Source of the DNA: an uncultured Pseudomonadales bacterium
GTDB taxonomy: Bacteria > Patescibacteriota > Microgenomatia > UBA1400 > PJMF01
Direction of reading: 5' to 3'
Length of the DNA stretch: 64,000 nucleotides
NCBI GenBank assembly: GCA_964637295.1
Contig: CAZWWE010000001.1
Coordinates: forward strand, 20,327-84,326
Part shown: piece by piece, positions 37,711 to 47,755 of the stretch
Position numbering within the stretch: the stretch's first letter is position 1
Layout: each line of letters starts with the position of its first letter
Translations under genes and position numbers: made by a program
Notes under the pieces: model-generated
Told to the model about the DNA's origin: nothing
Seen by the model: only the letters and a program-made list of their open reading frames with translations
Databases searched by the model: none

Positions 37711-39456
37711 ATGCCTTGGACAAAATTTTTTATTCCTTTTTTAATTTTCATCATCGCGGCTTTGATACGCATACCTAATTTGAAAAATTTGCCAGATGGA
37801 TTTTTTACAGATGAAGCTGCTCTTGGATATAATGCTTGGTCGATTTGGAAAACTGGCAAAGACGAATGGAATCAATTTTTACCATCCACCCTACAAAGTT
37901 TTCATGATTATAAACCAGCGGTCTACGCTTATTTAGCTATTCCTTTTGTGGCAATTATGGGTTTGACCGAAGCTGCTACTCGCACACCCGCCGCCCTTTT
38001 TGGCAGCATCTTGCCAGTAATAGTTTATTTTTGGCTATTGAGCATTTTCAATGAACAAAAAAAGACCAAAAAACATGCTCTAGCTGTAGCTAGTTTAACT
38101 GCGCTTATTATTACTTTCACTCCATGGCATTGGGAAGTTTCTCGCACCGCCATTGAGGCCGGAGTAGCTATTTGTTTTACCATGATGATCTTTCTGCTTT
38201 TGCGTTTCCAAAAACGATGGTGTTTAGTTTTAGCCATCATCCTTTCTCTGATTACTTTAAATACTTATCACACTGCGCGCTTGATTTTACCGATTTTATT
38301 GTTTTTTGCCGCACTTTTAAATCAAGTAAAATTTAAAAAAATAGTTGGTTTATGGGCAATTTTAATATTTGGTTTGGGAATTTTTCTTTCCTTCACTGGT
38401 AGTAAAGAAAGGTTTTACCAGATTAGTCTCTTCAATGACACACAAGTTTTGGCTCTCAGAGAAGAAGCCATTCGTGAAGATGGAGGTATTGGAGTTACTC
38501 CTTTATGGTTAACTCGTCTCTCTCATAACAAACCGATGAGCTTAGTTTTTGCTTTTGTTGATAATTATTTAACTAATACTTCTCTTGGTTATTTATTTGT
38601 TGGCGGAGTTCAACCACAAAGAACTGCCATTCCAGGAACCGGCCAATTTTTACTGTTTTTATTGCCATTTTTTCTATGCGGTTTAATTTTCACTATTAGC
38701 CAAGTCAAAAATAATAACTTCCAACGCTGGCTTTTAATATCTTTATTAATTGCTCCCATCCCAGCTTCCATTACTTATCCAGAACTACCACATGCTTATC
38801 GTACTTTGTTTTTATTAGTCCCCATTAGTATTGTTATCGCTCAAGGAATTGTTTTCACTTTTGAATTTTTAGAACAAAATTTTATTAAAATTAAAGGTGT
38901 TCCTAAAACAATTTTAAAAAAATGGCAAAAACCACTTTTAGTTTTGAGTAAAATTGCGCTTGTTTTGTTACTTGCTTGGAATGTGATACAAGCTTGGCAT
39001 CAATATGCTCGTCATCAACAAGTACACCAACCATGGCATCGTACCTCTGGTTATTTACCCATGGTTAATTATCTTAATCAGATTACAAATCGAGAAAATC
39101 GTCGTATTGTGATTACTGATATCTACATGGAGCCCTATATTTTTATTTTATTTTATAACCAAATCGCACCAGAAAAGTACCAAGCCTTAAAACAAAAGCG
39201 CCTTTCTAGATATGAGTTAGACGTGAAAAAAATGATTGAGTGGCAAATGTTTGAGTACACTTTTAGTCGTAAAAAATGCCCTCATGATCCTTTAACTAAT
39301 CTCAATCTGGATAATATTTACTTAGTAGATTTGGGTTGTGACATTCCTCTTGGTTACAAACGCATCGACAGCATTGATTTTGCCGATGGTGTACCCATGT
39401 TTCATGTCGATGTACCAGATCCTTTATATCGAGAGAACTTAGCTATCAGTCAATAA
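37711..39456 (+). CDS. GT-C fold glycosyltransferase, GT39/GT83 (PMT/ArnT)-like
   Basis: The N-terminal loop FFTDEAALGYNAWSI carries the DE motif characteristic of PMT/ArnT-type GT-C enzymes. About 12 TM plus C-terminal domain. Confidence 0.6.
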   Translation: MPWTKFFIPFLIFIIAALIRIPNLKNLPDGFFTDEAALGYNAWSIWKTGKDEWNQFLPSTLQSFHDYKPAVYAYLAIPFVAIMGLTEAATRTPAALFGSILPVIVYFWLLSIFNEQKKTKKHALAVASLTALIITFTPWHWEVSRTAIEAGVAICFTMMIFLLLRFQKRWCLVLAIILSLITLNTYHTARLILPILLFFAALLNQVKFKKIVGLWAILIFGLGIFLSFTGSKERFYQISLFNDTQVLALREEAIREDGGIGVTPLWLTRLSHNKPMSLVFAFVDNYLTNTSLGYLFVGGVQPQRTAIPGTGQFLLFLLPFFLCGLIFTISQVKNNNFQRWLLISLLIAPIPASITYPELPHAYRTLFLLVPISIVIAQGIVFTFEFLEQNFIKIKGVPKTILKKWQKPLLVLSKIALVLLLAWNVIQAWHQYARHQQVHQPWHRTSGYLPMVNYLNQITNRENRRIVITDIYMEPYIFILFYNQIAPEKYQALKQKRLSRYELDVKKMIEWQMFEYTFSRKKCPHDPLTNLNLDNIYLVDLGCDIPLGYKRIDSIDFADGVPMFHVDVPDPLYRENLAISQ

Positions 39457-39524
39457 ATTATAAAAACTAGCAAATCAAAAAACTTTATTTCGTTTCACAG
39501 TTTTTTGTGCTAAGATCAAATTCT

Positions 39525-40190
39525 ATGTCTATTATCGATCAAATCATCGCTTGGTTAGAGCATTTGTCACAAACCATTAATTTACAATTGTTTGTGGTGA
39601 TTGGTTCATTTTTGGAAGAAATCATTGCTCCTATTCCTTCACCTTTTGTGATGACGACAGCTGCTGCCATTGCTCAGGCACAAAACTATCTTTTTGCCCA
39701 ATTAGCTATTTTGGTGATCGTGGCTTCCTTTGCTAAAACTGTCTCAAGTTATTTGATTTACGTTGCTTTCGATAAGTTGGAAGACGTGATGATCAATAAA
39801 TTTGGTAAACACGTCGGCTTAAGTCATAAATTAATTGAACAAATCGGCGCTTTTTTAACTGGCACTTGGGTAGATGATTTTTTAATGATTTTAGCTAGAG
39901 CTTTGCCATTTATCCCAACTATTTTGATTTCAGCTGGCGCTGGAGTCATTAAATATCATAAAAAATCTTTTATTATTACCACTTTTCTGGGAGTGGTGAT
40001 TAGAAATGCTTTTTATCTATGGGTCGGCTATGTGGGTTGGAGTCAGATTGAACATTTGTGGTTGGCAAATCGAGACAATCCTTGGTTTATTGTCTTGCTC
40101 ATCGTCAGTGGTCTCATTTTATTAAAAGCTTTGATCAAAATTAAAGATCATCTTTTTGATCGTTTTATCAGTCTTAAACAGAAAGGTTAA
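39525..40190 (+). CDS. DedA/VTT-family membrane protein
   Basis: GSFLEEIIAPIPSPFVM matches the DedA F(L/V)E..P.PSE motif. Four to five TM helices. Confidence 0.55.
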   Translation: MSIIDQIIAWLEHLSQTINLQLFVVIGSFLEEIIAPIPSPFVMTTAAAIAQAQNYLFAQLAILVIVASFAKTVSSYLIYVAFDKLEDVMINKFGKHVGLSHKLIEQIGAFLTGTWVDDFLMILARALPFIPTILISAGAGVIKYHKKSFIITTFLGVVIRNAFYLWVGYVGWSQIEHLWLANRDNPWFIVLLIVSGLILLKALIKIKDHLFDRFISLKQKG

Positions 40191-40191
40191 A

Positions 40192-40575
40192 ATGCTAGAC
40201 TTAGCTCAAAAAAATTTTCAGCGCTGGAACAGCGCTTTACAAACTGGTGACGCCAGTCAGGTCGCTGCTCTTTATACTGCGAACAACACTTTTTTGCCCA
40301 CCTTATCTCCCGAATTTAAACAAGGTATTCAAGGAGCAGAGGAATATTTTACCCATTTTTTACAAAAACAACCGGTAGGAACTGTGATCGCCGAAGAAGT
40401 GCAAAGCTTAAGTGAGAAAATTTACATTCACTCTGGCTTATACAATTTTGCGGTTGGACCAAGCGAACAAAGAAGCATCGCTGAAGCAAGATTTACTTTC
40501 GTTTGGATTAAAGAAGATGATGGTCAATGGAAAATTGCTCATCACCATTCATCACTTAAACCCCAGGCGGATTAG
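40192..40575 (+). CDS. SnoaL-like / NTF2-fold (DUF4440-like) protein
   Basis: About 128 aa. WNSALQTGDASQVAALYT...FTFVWIKEDDGQWKIAHHHSS is typical of the NTF2-like DUF4440/SnoaL_3 family. Confidence 0.5.
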   Translation: MLDLAQKNFQRWNSALQTGDASQVAALYTANNTFLPTLSPEFKQGIQGAEEYFTHFLQKQPVGTVIAEEVQSLSEKIYIHSGLYNFAVGPSEQRSIAEARFTFVWIKEDDGQWKIAHHHSSLKPQAD

Positions 40576-40605
40576 CTTAAATTCGCTTACCATCTGTAAA
40601 CAATT

Positions 40606-41640
40606 TTACTGAATCACTCCGCCACCAAGCACGAGATCTCCCTGATAAAAAACCGCTGATTGACCAGCAGTTACCGCTCGCTGTGGAGTTTTAAATTCGA
40701 CTTTTAATAAATTCTCTTTTTGTGGAATCAAAATAGCTTCAGCCTCTCTGGCTCCATATCTTATTTTGACACTTGCCTGAGTTGCTTCGCTTAATTGATC
40801 GACTGGAATAAAATTCACATTTTTGACTATTAAACTTTTGAATAAAATGTCTTCTTCATCGCCCAGAACAATCACGTTGCTTTCTACGTCAATCTTAGAA
40901 ATAAAAATTGGCTTACCAGTAGCAATGCCCAAGCCTTTGCGCTGACCGATAGTGTATTTATAAATACCCTTATGCTGACCCAAAATATTGCCACGCTTGT
41001 CAACAAAATTACCATAACGCATTTTGATGCCAGTTCTTTCTTCAATAAATTTAGCATAGTTATTATTGGTAATAAAACAAATGTCCTGACTATCCGCCTT
41101 GTTGGCTACTTCTAAATTAAAATCTTGCGCCACTTTTCTTACTGTAACTTTATCGTAATCAGCTAAGGGAAACATAATATTGGCTAATTGTTGTTGAGTT
41201 AAATGATAGAGAGGATAAGTTTGATCTTTGTTACTACTTTGGCTTTTTTTAAGTAGATAGCGACCATCTTTCTGAACTATTTTGGCATAATGGCCAGTGG
41301 CAAGATAGTCAGCTCCCATTGATTTGGCCCAATCAAGCAGAGCACCAAATTTAATCTGATGATTACAAGTCACACAAGGATTGGGAGTTCTGCCTAATAA
41401 ATATTCGTTGGTAAAGTAAGTAATTATTTCTTTTTCAAAAACTTTTCTAAGATCGACGACATGATGAGGAATGTTCAATCTTTTAGCTACTGCTTTAGCA
41501 TCCTTAATAGCCAAATCTTGAGTATCTTGCCAAACTTGCATGGTTACACCAAAGACATCGTAGCCTTGTTTTTGCAGTAAAGCTGCGACAACAGAGCTAT
41601 CCACTCCACCACTCATGGCTACGGCAATTTTTTGTTTCAT
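40606..41640 (-). CDS. mnmA: tRNA 2-thiouridylase MnmA
   Basis: PP-loop IAVAMSGGVDSSV. Catalytic Cys context. Length 344 aa. Confidence 0.85.
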   Translation of the reverse strand: MKQKIAVAMSGGVDSSVVAALLQKQGYDVFGVTMQVWQDTQDLAIKDAKAVAKRLNIPHHVVDLRKVFEKEIITYFTNEYLLGRTPNPCVTCNHQIKFGALLDWAKSMGADYLATGHYAKIVQKDGRYLLKKSQSSNKDQTYPLYHLTQQQLANIMFPLADYDKVTVRKVAQDFNLEVANKADSQDICFITNNNYAKFIEERTGIKMRYGNFVDKRGNILGQHKGIYKYTIGQRKGLGIATGKPIFISKIDVESNVIVLGDEEDILFKSLIVKNVNFIPVDQLSEATQASVKIRYGAREAEAILIPQKENLLKVEFKTPQRAVTAGQSAVFYQGDLVLGGGVIQ

Positions 41641-41876
41641 TTTTTGGCTCCGAATTTTTTATTTAGTTCTTGTATCAATTCTTCTATTTCATCTTCTTCT
41701 AAACCATGAGACATAGCGCCGGCTTCTAAAGTATCAAAACCTGCGGCGGCGCAGCCGCCGCAATAAAGTCCATATTCATAAAGCACCTCATTCATTTCTG
41801 GATCATTTTCAATTAATTCAGCGATATTGGTGTTTTTATCAATTTTAGTTTTTTTCATATTTGTCCAAAGCCTCAT
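41637..41876 (-). CDS. DUF1858 (hybrid-cluster-protein-associated redox disulfide) small protein
   Basis: IAELIENDPEMNEVLYEYGLYCGGCAAAGFDTLEAGAMSHG fits the DUF1858 CxxC signature. Sits at the end of the suf operon. Confidence 0.55.
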   Translation of the reverse strand: MRLWTNMKKTKIDKNTNIAELIENDPEMNEVLYEYGLYCGGCAAAGFDTLEAGAMSHGLEEDEIEELIQELNKKFGAKK

Positions 41877-42228
41877 GCAAAGCCTTTAACGTCAAAGTGG
41901 CGCAAGCAACACGACTAGTACTTAAGTTTAAATTAATTAATTCTAATAATCTTTTTTGATCGATTTTTCTTACCTCTGCTATACTTTTACCAATAATTTC
42001 TTCTATTAATAATTCAGCACCGATAATGCTGACAAAACACAAGCCACCCTCAAACTTAGCATCTTCAATAATATGATTTTTTATTTTTAAAGTTAAATGA
42101 AGATGGTCACCACAAAAAGTATTTTGTTTTTCAGTAGCGATAGACGGATCGGAAAGATGACCTCTGTGAACAGGGTCTTTATAAATTTCCATGAGTTCAC
42201 TACGATAAAGATCATCCATAGTAAGCAA
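41845..42228 (-). CDS. sufU: SufU/IscU-like Fe-S scaffold (NifU N-terminal domain)
   Basis: Three conserved Cys contexts (FCGDHLHL, GGLCFV, RVACATL). Follows sufS. Confidence 0.65.
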   Translation of the reverse strand: MLTMDDLYRSELMEIYKDPVHRGHLSDPSIATEKQNTFCGDHLHLTLKIKNHIIEDAKFEGGLCFVSIIGAELLIEEIIGKSIAEVRKIDQKRLLELINLNLSTSRVACATLTLKALHEALDKYEKN

Positions 42229-43426
42229 TTGCCTTTTCTAAATTACTAAGTAAAAACTCCAAGTCCTGTTCACTATTATACAAATAATAAGAAGCTCTTA
42301 GTGTCGCTTCACAATTGCGACTTTGATGAAGAGGCATGCTGCAGTGAAAACCAGCTCTTAGCGCTAAACCATTTTTAGCTAAAAAGTCACTTAAATCATG
42401 AGCGTGAATTCCATCAACATAAAAAGAAACTAAACCAGTGCGTTCTTTGGCATCAGCGGTGCCTAATAATTTAATTCGTTTTATTTTTGCTAAACCATTT
42501 AATAGATATTCACTTAATTTAATTTCATGCGCTCTAATTTCTGCTAAACCAATTTGAGATAAATAATTTATCGCTTCGGCTAAAGCAACTGCTCCTGCCA
42601 CATTGGGCGTACCCGCCTCAAACTTTTCTGGATATGGAGCATAAATAGTTTCATTCATAGAAACTGACTCAATCATTCCTCCACCTAATTGATAAGGAAG
42701 CATCTTGGCTAAGATTGTTTCTTTAACATAAAGAACACCAATACCCATTGGGCCTAACATTTTATGACCACTGAAAGCATAAAAATCACAATCTAAATCT
42801 TGCACATCAACTGACAAATGAGGAATGGCTTGCGCTCCATCAACTACTAAAACTGCTCCGACACTGTGAACCATTTTAGCAATTTTTTTAATATCATTGA
42901 TTGTTCCTAAAACATTGGAGGCGTGAGCGATGGCAACTATTTTAGTTTTTTTACTTAATTTATTTTGCCATTCTTTTTGGCTAATAAAACCTGCTTGATC
43001 ACTATTTAAAATTTTTAAAGTCGCGCCAGTTTTTTTACCAAGCATTTGCCAAGGTAAAAAATTACTATGATGTTCAAAATCAGCGACTATAATTTCGTCC
43101 CCAATTTTCAAATTTTCCAAAGCATAACTTTGCGCCACTAAATTTAGTGATTCAGTGGTTCCTTTAGTAAAAATTATTTCTTGACTACTTTTAGCTCCAA
43201 TAAAATTGGCTACTTTTTGTCTAGTTAAATCATAGGCTTCACCGGCTTGTTCACTCAGAGGATAAACACCACGATGGACATTGGCGTTTTCACTACTGTA
43301 AAATTCGGCGATCCTATCAATGACTGCTTGTGGTTTTTGACTAGTGGCCGCATTATCCAAATAAATTAAATCTTTATGCTTAGTAAAAATGGGAAAATCA
43401 GTTTTTATTTTTTTTACATCTAACAT
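42212..43426 (-). CDS. sufS: cysteine desulfurase SufS (class V aminotransferase)
   Basis: PLP-Lys context SGHKMLGPMGIGVLY. C-terminal active-site Cys RAGFHCS. 404 aa. Confidence 0.85.
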   Translation of the reverse strand: MLDVKKIKTDFPIFTKHKDLIYLDNAATSQKPQAVIDRIAEFYSSENANVHRGVYPLSEQAGEAYDLTRQKVANFIGAKSSQEIIFTKGTTESLNLVAQSYALENLKIGDEIIVADFEHHSNFLPWQMLGKKTGATLKILNSDQAGFISQKEWQNKLSKKTKIVAIAHASNVLGTINDIKKIAKMVHSVGAVLVVDGAQAIPHLSVDVQDLDCDFYAFSGHKMLGPMGIGVLYVKETILAKMLPYQLGGGMIESVSMNETIYAPYPEKFEAGTPNVAGAVALAEAINYLSQIGLAEIRAHEIKLSEYLLNGLAKIKRIKLLGTADAKERTGLVSFYVDGIHAHDLSDFLAKNGLALRAGFHCSMPLHQSRNCEATLRASYYLYNSEQDLEFLLSNLEKAIAYYG

Positions 43427-44007
43427 AGATAGCTTTCAATTAGTTTATGCGCCAGCTTTATTTTAATCGACTCTAAAACTTGATTAAAAAAAGCTTCTTC
43501 TAAAATCTTTGCTGCCTCAGCTTTTTTAAAACCGCGACTCATCAAATAAAAAAGGTCAGCTTCATTTAACCTACTACTACTAGCGCTATGCGAAGCCTTA
43601 ACTTGATGATTAAAAATTTCTAAAATTGGGCGGGAACGATTATAAGTAGCGCTACCCAAAATTAAACTTTGTTCTTGTAAAAATGATTTGGTTTGAGAAG
43701 CTAAACGATCAATATATATTTGGCCAAAATAATCAACTCTTGATGCATCAGCTTGACTTAAATAAACCTCAGTTAAACAACTTGTTCTTGATGCAAAATG
43801 TTTTGTATTACTTTCTAATTGCCAACTACTATTATCTTTCAATCGACCAAGGAAAAGTAATTGACAGCTAACAGCGGCTTTTCTGAAAGACAAATCAACT
43901 TTGATTTTGCCTTGCTCTGTATTTTTATCTAACAAAACCAAATAGAAAGTATCTGACTTGGGTTCCAAAATAAATTCGCTTTGTTTTTCCAATAGAACAA
44001 CTTGCAT
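43420..44007 (-). CDS. sufD: short SufD-like protein (C-terminal half only)
   Basis: 195 aa. C-terminal NEADLFYLMSRGFKKAEAAKIL matches the SufB/SufD C-terminal motif. About half the usual SufD length. Confidence 0.6.
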   Translation of the reverse strand: MQVVLLEKQSEFILEPKSDTFYLVLLDKNTEQGKIKVDLSFRKAAVSCQLLFLGRLKDNSSWQLESNTKHFASRTSCLTEVYLSQADASRVDYFGQIYIDRLASQTKSFLQEQSLILGSATYNRSRPILEIFNHQVKASHSASSSRLNEADLFYLMSRGFKKAEAAKILEEAFFNQVLESIKIKLAHKLIESYLC

Positions 44008-45416
44008 TAGCCAACGCTCCCTTCCATTTCCAATTCAATCAAGCGATTGAGTTCCACAGCGTATTCTAGTGGCAACTCTTTCACAATTGGCTCAATAAAA
44101 CCTGCAACCAATAAAGTCATGGCTTCGGTTTTATTCAAACCGCGACTCATTAAATAGAAAAGTTTTTCTTCTTCGATTTGGCTCACGCTAGCTTCATGTT
44201 CCATGACGGCATTTTCTCCAGAAATTTTCATATCTGGATAAGTACAGGTCGCAGAATTTTTATCTAAAATTAAAGCGTCACATTCAACTTTACTTTTACA
44301 ATGACTGGCATTTTTAGCAATATAAACCAAACCACGATAATTACTTTGTCCACCAGCAAGACTGACTGATTTAGCAATAATTTTTGAAGCAGTATTTTTA
44401 GCTAAATGTAGCATCTTGGCACCAGTATCTTGAATTTGATTATTTTTAGCATAGGCAATAGAAAGCATTTCTCCATAAGCTCCTTCTTCTGCTAAATAAC
44501 AACTAGGATATTTCATGGTGGTTTTGGCTCCCAAATTACCATCAATCCATTCCATCACCCCATTTTGAAAAACTTTAGCACGTTTAGTGACTAAGTTGTA
44601 AATATTCCCTGACCAATTTTGAATAGTCGTGTAACGAAAACGAGCCTTTTTTTTGACAAAAACTTCAACCACTGCAGCGTGCAAAGAGTATTCGCTATAA
44701 ACCGGGGCAGTGCAACCTTCTACATAAGTGGCGCTAGAACCTTCATCGGCAATAATGAGCGTTCTCTCAAACTGACCCATGCGCGCCGCGTTAATCCGAA
44801 AATAGCTTTGTAGCGGTCTTTTAACGTGTGTATTGGGTGGAATATAAACAAAAGAACCACCTGACCAAGCCGCGCTATTGAGAGCAGCAAATTTATTATC
44901 AGCGACAGGCACCAATTTAGCAAAATATTCTTTGAAAAGACCACTGTGTTTTTGCAGCGCTTCTTCCATCGAACAAAAAATCACTCCCTGTTCATCTAAT
45001 TCTGCTTGCAGAGAAGAATAGGCCACTTCACTATTGTATTGAGCTTTTACTCCAGCCAGAAATTCTTTTTCTGCTTGGGGCACTCCCAAACGATCAAAGG
45101 TTTCTTTGATTTCATCTGGCACTTCTGCCCAAGTTTTCTTTTCCACATCGGTGTCTTTAATAAAATAACGAATTTTTTCAAAGTCGATTTTTGCTAAACT
45201 TGGCCCCCAATTGGGCATTTTCATTTTTTTAAAAATTTGCAAAGATTTTTGACGGAATTCTCTCATCCACATTGGTTCATTTTTACTAGCAGAAATATCA
45301 GCAATAATTTTTGTAGAAAGTCCAAAGTCAAAACTCAAAATAGAATTTTCTGGCATCGCAAAACCAAATTTATTTGTATAGGCATCATTGAGTTTTTTGA
45401 GATTAGCTCGTTTCAT
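44007..45416 (-). CDS. sufB: Fe-S cluster assembly protein SufB
   Basis: 469 aa. C-terminal EEEKLFYLMSRGLNKTEAMTLLVAGF motif. Between sufC and sufD. Confidence 0.85.
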   Translation of the reverse strand: MKRANLKKLNDAYTNKFGFAMPENSILSFDFGLSTKIIADISASKNEPMWMREFRQKSLQIFKKMKMPNWGPSLAKIDFEKIRYFIKDTDVEKKTWAEVPDEIKETFDRLGVPQAEKEFLAGVKAQYNSEVAYSSLQAELDEQGVIFCSMEEALQKHSGLFKEYFAKLVPVADNKFAALNSAAWSGGSFVYIPPNTHVKRPLQSYFRINAARMGQFERTLIIADEGSSATYVEGCTAPVYSEYSLHAAVVEVFVKKKARFRYTTIQNWSGNIYNLVTKRAKVFQNGVMEWIDGNLGAKTTMKYPSCYLAEEGAYGEMLSIAYAKNNQIQDTGAKMLHLAKNTASKIIAKSVSLAGGQSNYRGLVYIAKNASHCKSKVECDALILDKNSATCTYPDMKISGENAVMEHEASVSQIEEEKLFYLMSRGLNKTEAMTLLVAGFIEPIVKELPLEYAVELNRLIELEMEGSVG

Positions 45417-45425
45417 GTAATATTT

Positions 45426-46163
45426 TTATGCTTTAAGAAAATTTGCAAAACCCTTTTTTTCAATTTCGGTGACTAAATCAGCACAACCAGTTTTGATAAT
45501 TTTTCCCTTGCTTAGAATGTGCACCCGATCAATGTCTAAAAAAGATAAAATTCTGGAATAATGAGTAATTAATAAAACCGAAGTTTGTTTTTCTTTTTTC
45601 AAAAAATTTATCGCTTGAGCCACCGCCTGAATGGCATCAATATCCAAGCCACTATCAATTTCGTCCAAAATAATCAACTTTGGTTCCAAAACTAACATTT
45701 GTAAAACTTCCATTTTCTTTTTTTCTCCACCCGAAAAACCGTGGTTTAAAGATCTTTTTAGCAGTTCTTCATTAAAATTCAAAATTGCCATTCTTTCTCT
45801 TAAAAATTCTCTGAATTTAAGTGGGGTAAGTTTTTTTTCATGACTGGTTTTGTAAAGTAATTTCAAATAATCATAGATTTTCACTCCAGGAATTTCTAAA
45901 ATTTGCTGAAAAGATAAAAATATACCAAGCTTAGCTCTTTGCTGTGGATTTAAGTTTAATAAATTCTGTTTAGCAAAAATTATTTCACCTTTTACTGAAT
46001 AATTTGGATTACCCATAATGCTTTGGGCAAGCGTGCTTTTGCCAGCCCCATTCTGACCCATTAAAATATGTGTCTCACCTTTTTTGATGGATAAATCAAT
46101 TTTATCTAAAATAATTTTTTTATTTAATGAAACTTGAACATTTTTTATTTTAAGCACAAGCAA
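45426..46163 (-). CDS. sufC: Fe-S cluster assembly ATPase SufC
   Basis: Walker A GQNGAGKST. Signature FSGGEKKKMEVLQM. Walker B LIILDEIDSGLD. Confidence 0.85.
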   Translation of the reverse strand: MLVLKIKNVQVSLNKKIILDKIDLSIKKGETHILMGQNGAGKSTLAQSIMGNPNYSVKGEIIFAKQNLLNLNPQQRAKLGIFLSFQQILEIPGVKIYDYLKLLYKTSHEKKLTPLKFREFLRERMAILNFNEELLKRSLNHGFSGGEKKKMEVLQMLVLEPKLIILDEIDSGLDIDAIQAVAQAINFLKKEKQTSVLLITHYSRILSFLDIDRVHILSKGKIIKTGCADLVTEIEKKGFANFLKA

Positions 46164-46176
46164 TCCTTTGATAAAT

Positions 46177-46458
46177 TCAATTAGAGAAATTCATTTGTTT
46201 AAGCAAACAAAGCTTTTCATGATGAGGACAATTTTCGTTAACTTGATAGTAGATTTTTTTACCCATTCTTTTTTTTGACAAAAGACCATCGGCTTCCATG
46301 GTTTTGAGATGATAAGAAACAGTGGGCTGACTTAAAATCGTTTGCTGCACAATTTTTGAAACTGTTTGTTGACCATTATCTTTTAAATACATAAAAATTT
46401 TCATTTTAGTATCAACTGCTAAATTAGCGAAGCAGTGGCTGCAAAGACAACTTGACAT
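46177..46458 (-). CDS. ArsR/SmtB-family HTH regulator with Cys pairs (SufR-like role inferred)
   Basis: HTH ...TVSKIVQQTILSQPTVSYHLKTMEADGLL... N-terminal CLCSHC and C-terminal CPHHEKLC cysteines. First gene of the suf operon. Confidence 0.65.
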   Translation of the reverse strand: MSSCLCSHCFANLAVDTKMKIFMYLKDNGQQTVSKIVQQTILSQPTVSYHLKTMEADGLLSKKRMGKKIYYQVNENCPHHEKLCLLKQMNFSN

Positions 46459-46552
46459 ATCATATAGATGATAATCTATTTATTTGAAATTATCAAGTCA
46501 TCGACTTGATTGGTGAAACTTTCTTGTAAACTGAAAATAGCATAATGGAAAG

Positions 46553-47296
46553 GTGCAAAATATTTTAATCAATGAAGTTCACCCCAATCCCAATGATGGA
46601 CATGAGTGGATCGAATTATATCTCAATGATGATAACGAGCCCAATTCGACACTTGAAAACTATAGTTTATTTGATAACGCCAAAAGAATTTATCTTTTTA
46701 GCAATGAGCAATTTGTTAATCAATTTTTGGTAGTAGAAGTTAGTGGCTTAAATAATGATGCCGATCAAGTATTGCTCAAAAATTCTTTGGGTGAAATCGT
46801 GGATGAAATGGCTTATCAGTCCACACAAAAAGCGCAAAGTTGGTCAAGAATAGAAAATTCCACTCAATTTGTCTTAAGCCCAGCCACCGCGTGGACTGAA
46901 AATTTTTCCAGTCAAATTACGCCTACTTCTTCTATTAGTCCAACTCCATCAACCAGTGCTACCCCTTCTTATACTCTTAGTCCTACGCCCACCAATGTAA
47001 AACAGAGTAATGAAGATCCTAATTCTTTAGTTACAACAGAAGAAAAAAAGATACAAAATATAAAATCTGACTCTAAAAACGCAAAACTCAAAAAGTGGTT
47101 TGTAGAAAATTATCATTTAGAACAAATTCAACTGACTGATGCTCAAAAACCTCATCAAGAAAAATTATTGCGCCTAGTGATTCTGGGTCAAAACTTAGTC
47201 AAAGAGCCAACCATTAATGCTATAATTGGAGGACTATTGATTATTTCAGCTTCTCTTCTATTACTTTATGTCAAAATTAAAAACAAACACTTTTAA
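46553..47296 (+). CDS. lamin-tail-domain (LTD) surface protein with S/T/P-rich linker and C-terminal TM anchor
   Basis: N-terminal ILINEVHPNPNDGHEWIELYLN matches the LTD signature. STP-rich low-complexity segment. C-terminal hydrophobic helix. Confidence 0.55.
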   Translation: MQNILINEVHPNPNDGHEWIELYLNDDNEPNSTLENYSLFDNAKRIYLFSNEQFVNQFLVVEVSGLNNDADQVLLKNSLGEIVDEMAYQSTQKAQSWSRIENSTQFVLSPATAWTENFSSQITPTSSISPTPSTSATPSYTLSPTPTNVKQSNEDPNSLVTTEEKKIQNIKSDSKNAKLKKWFVENYHLEQIQLTDAQKPHQEKLLRLVILGQNLVKEPTINAIIGGLLIISASLLLLYVKIKNKHF

Positions 47297-47660
47297 AAAT
47301 TATGTGTTTGCTTATCTACCTCCTTCATTATGGGCCTTAGTGATTTTCTTTTTATCAAATCAAGAAGTTTTACCTGGTTTTACCGTTTCAATCTATGATT
47401 TTATTTTCAAAAAAGCTGCTCACATGTTTGTTTATGCTATTCTTTATCTGTTGTTGTTTAGAGCTTACCTGGTCACTCAAAGCAGTCATGCTAATAGCAA
47501 AAAGCAATACCTCATTCCCATCGCGCTTGGCCTGGTTTATGCCATTACTGACGAACTGCACCAAAGCTTAGTCCCCGGTCGTCATGCCAGTCCTAGAGAT
47601 TTGCTTTATGATTCACTCGGCATGACAACTGTCTTGTTGCATCAATTAAAATTGATCTAA
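47268..47660 (+). CDS. VanZ-like family membrane protein
   Basis: KKAAHMFVYAILYLLLFRA...DELHQSLVPGR is typical of VanZ. Confidence 0.6.
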   Translation: MSKLKTNTFKNYVFAYLPPSLWALVIFFLSNQEVLPGFTVSIYDFIFKKAAHMFVYAILYLLLFRAYLVTQSSHANSKKQYLIPIALGLVYAITDELHQSLVPGRHASPRDLLYDSLGMTTVLLHQLKLI

Positions 47661-47755
47661 TTACTCCTTGACTTAATCAAGTAAAATAGTAAACTTGAGA
47701 AACAATATCAACGGGTTCATCAAGCAAAATGAACAAATTTTTATAGAAAGGCATC

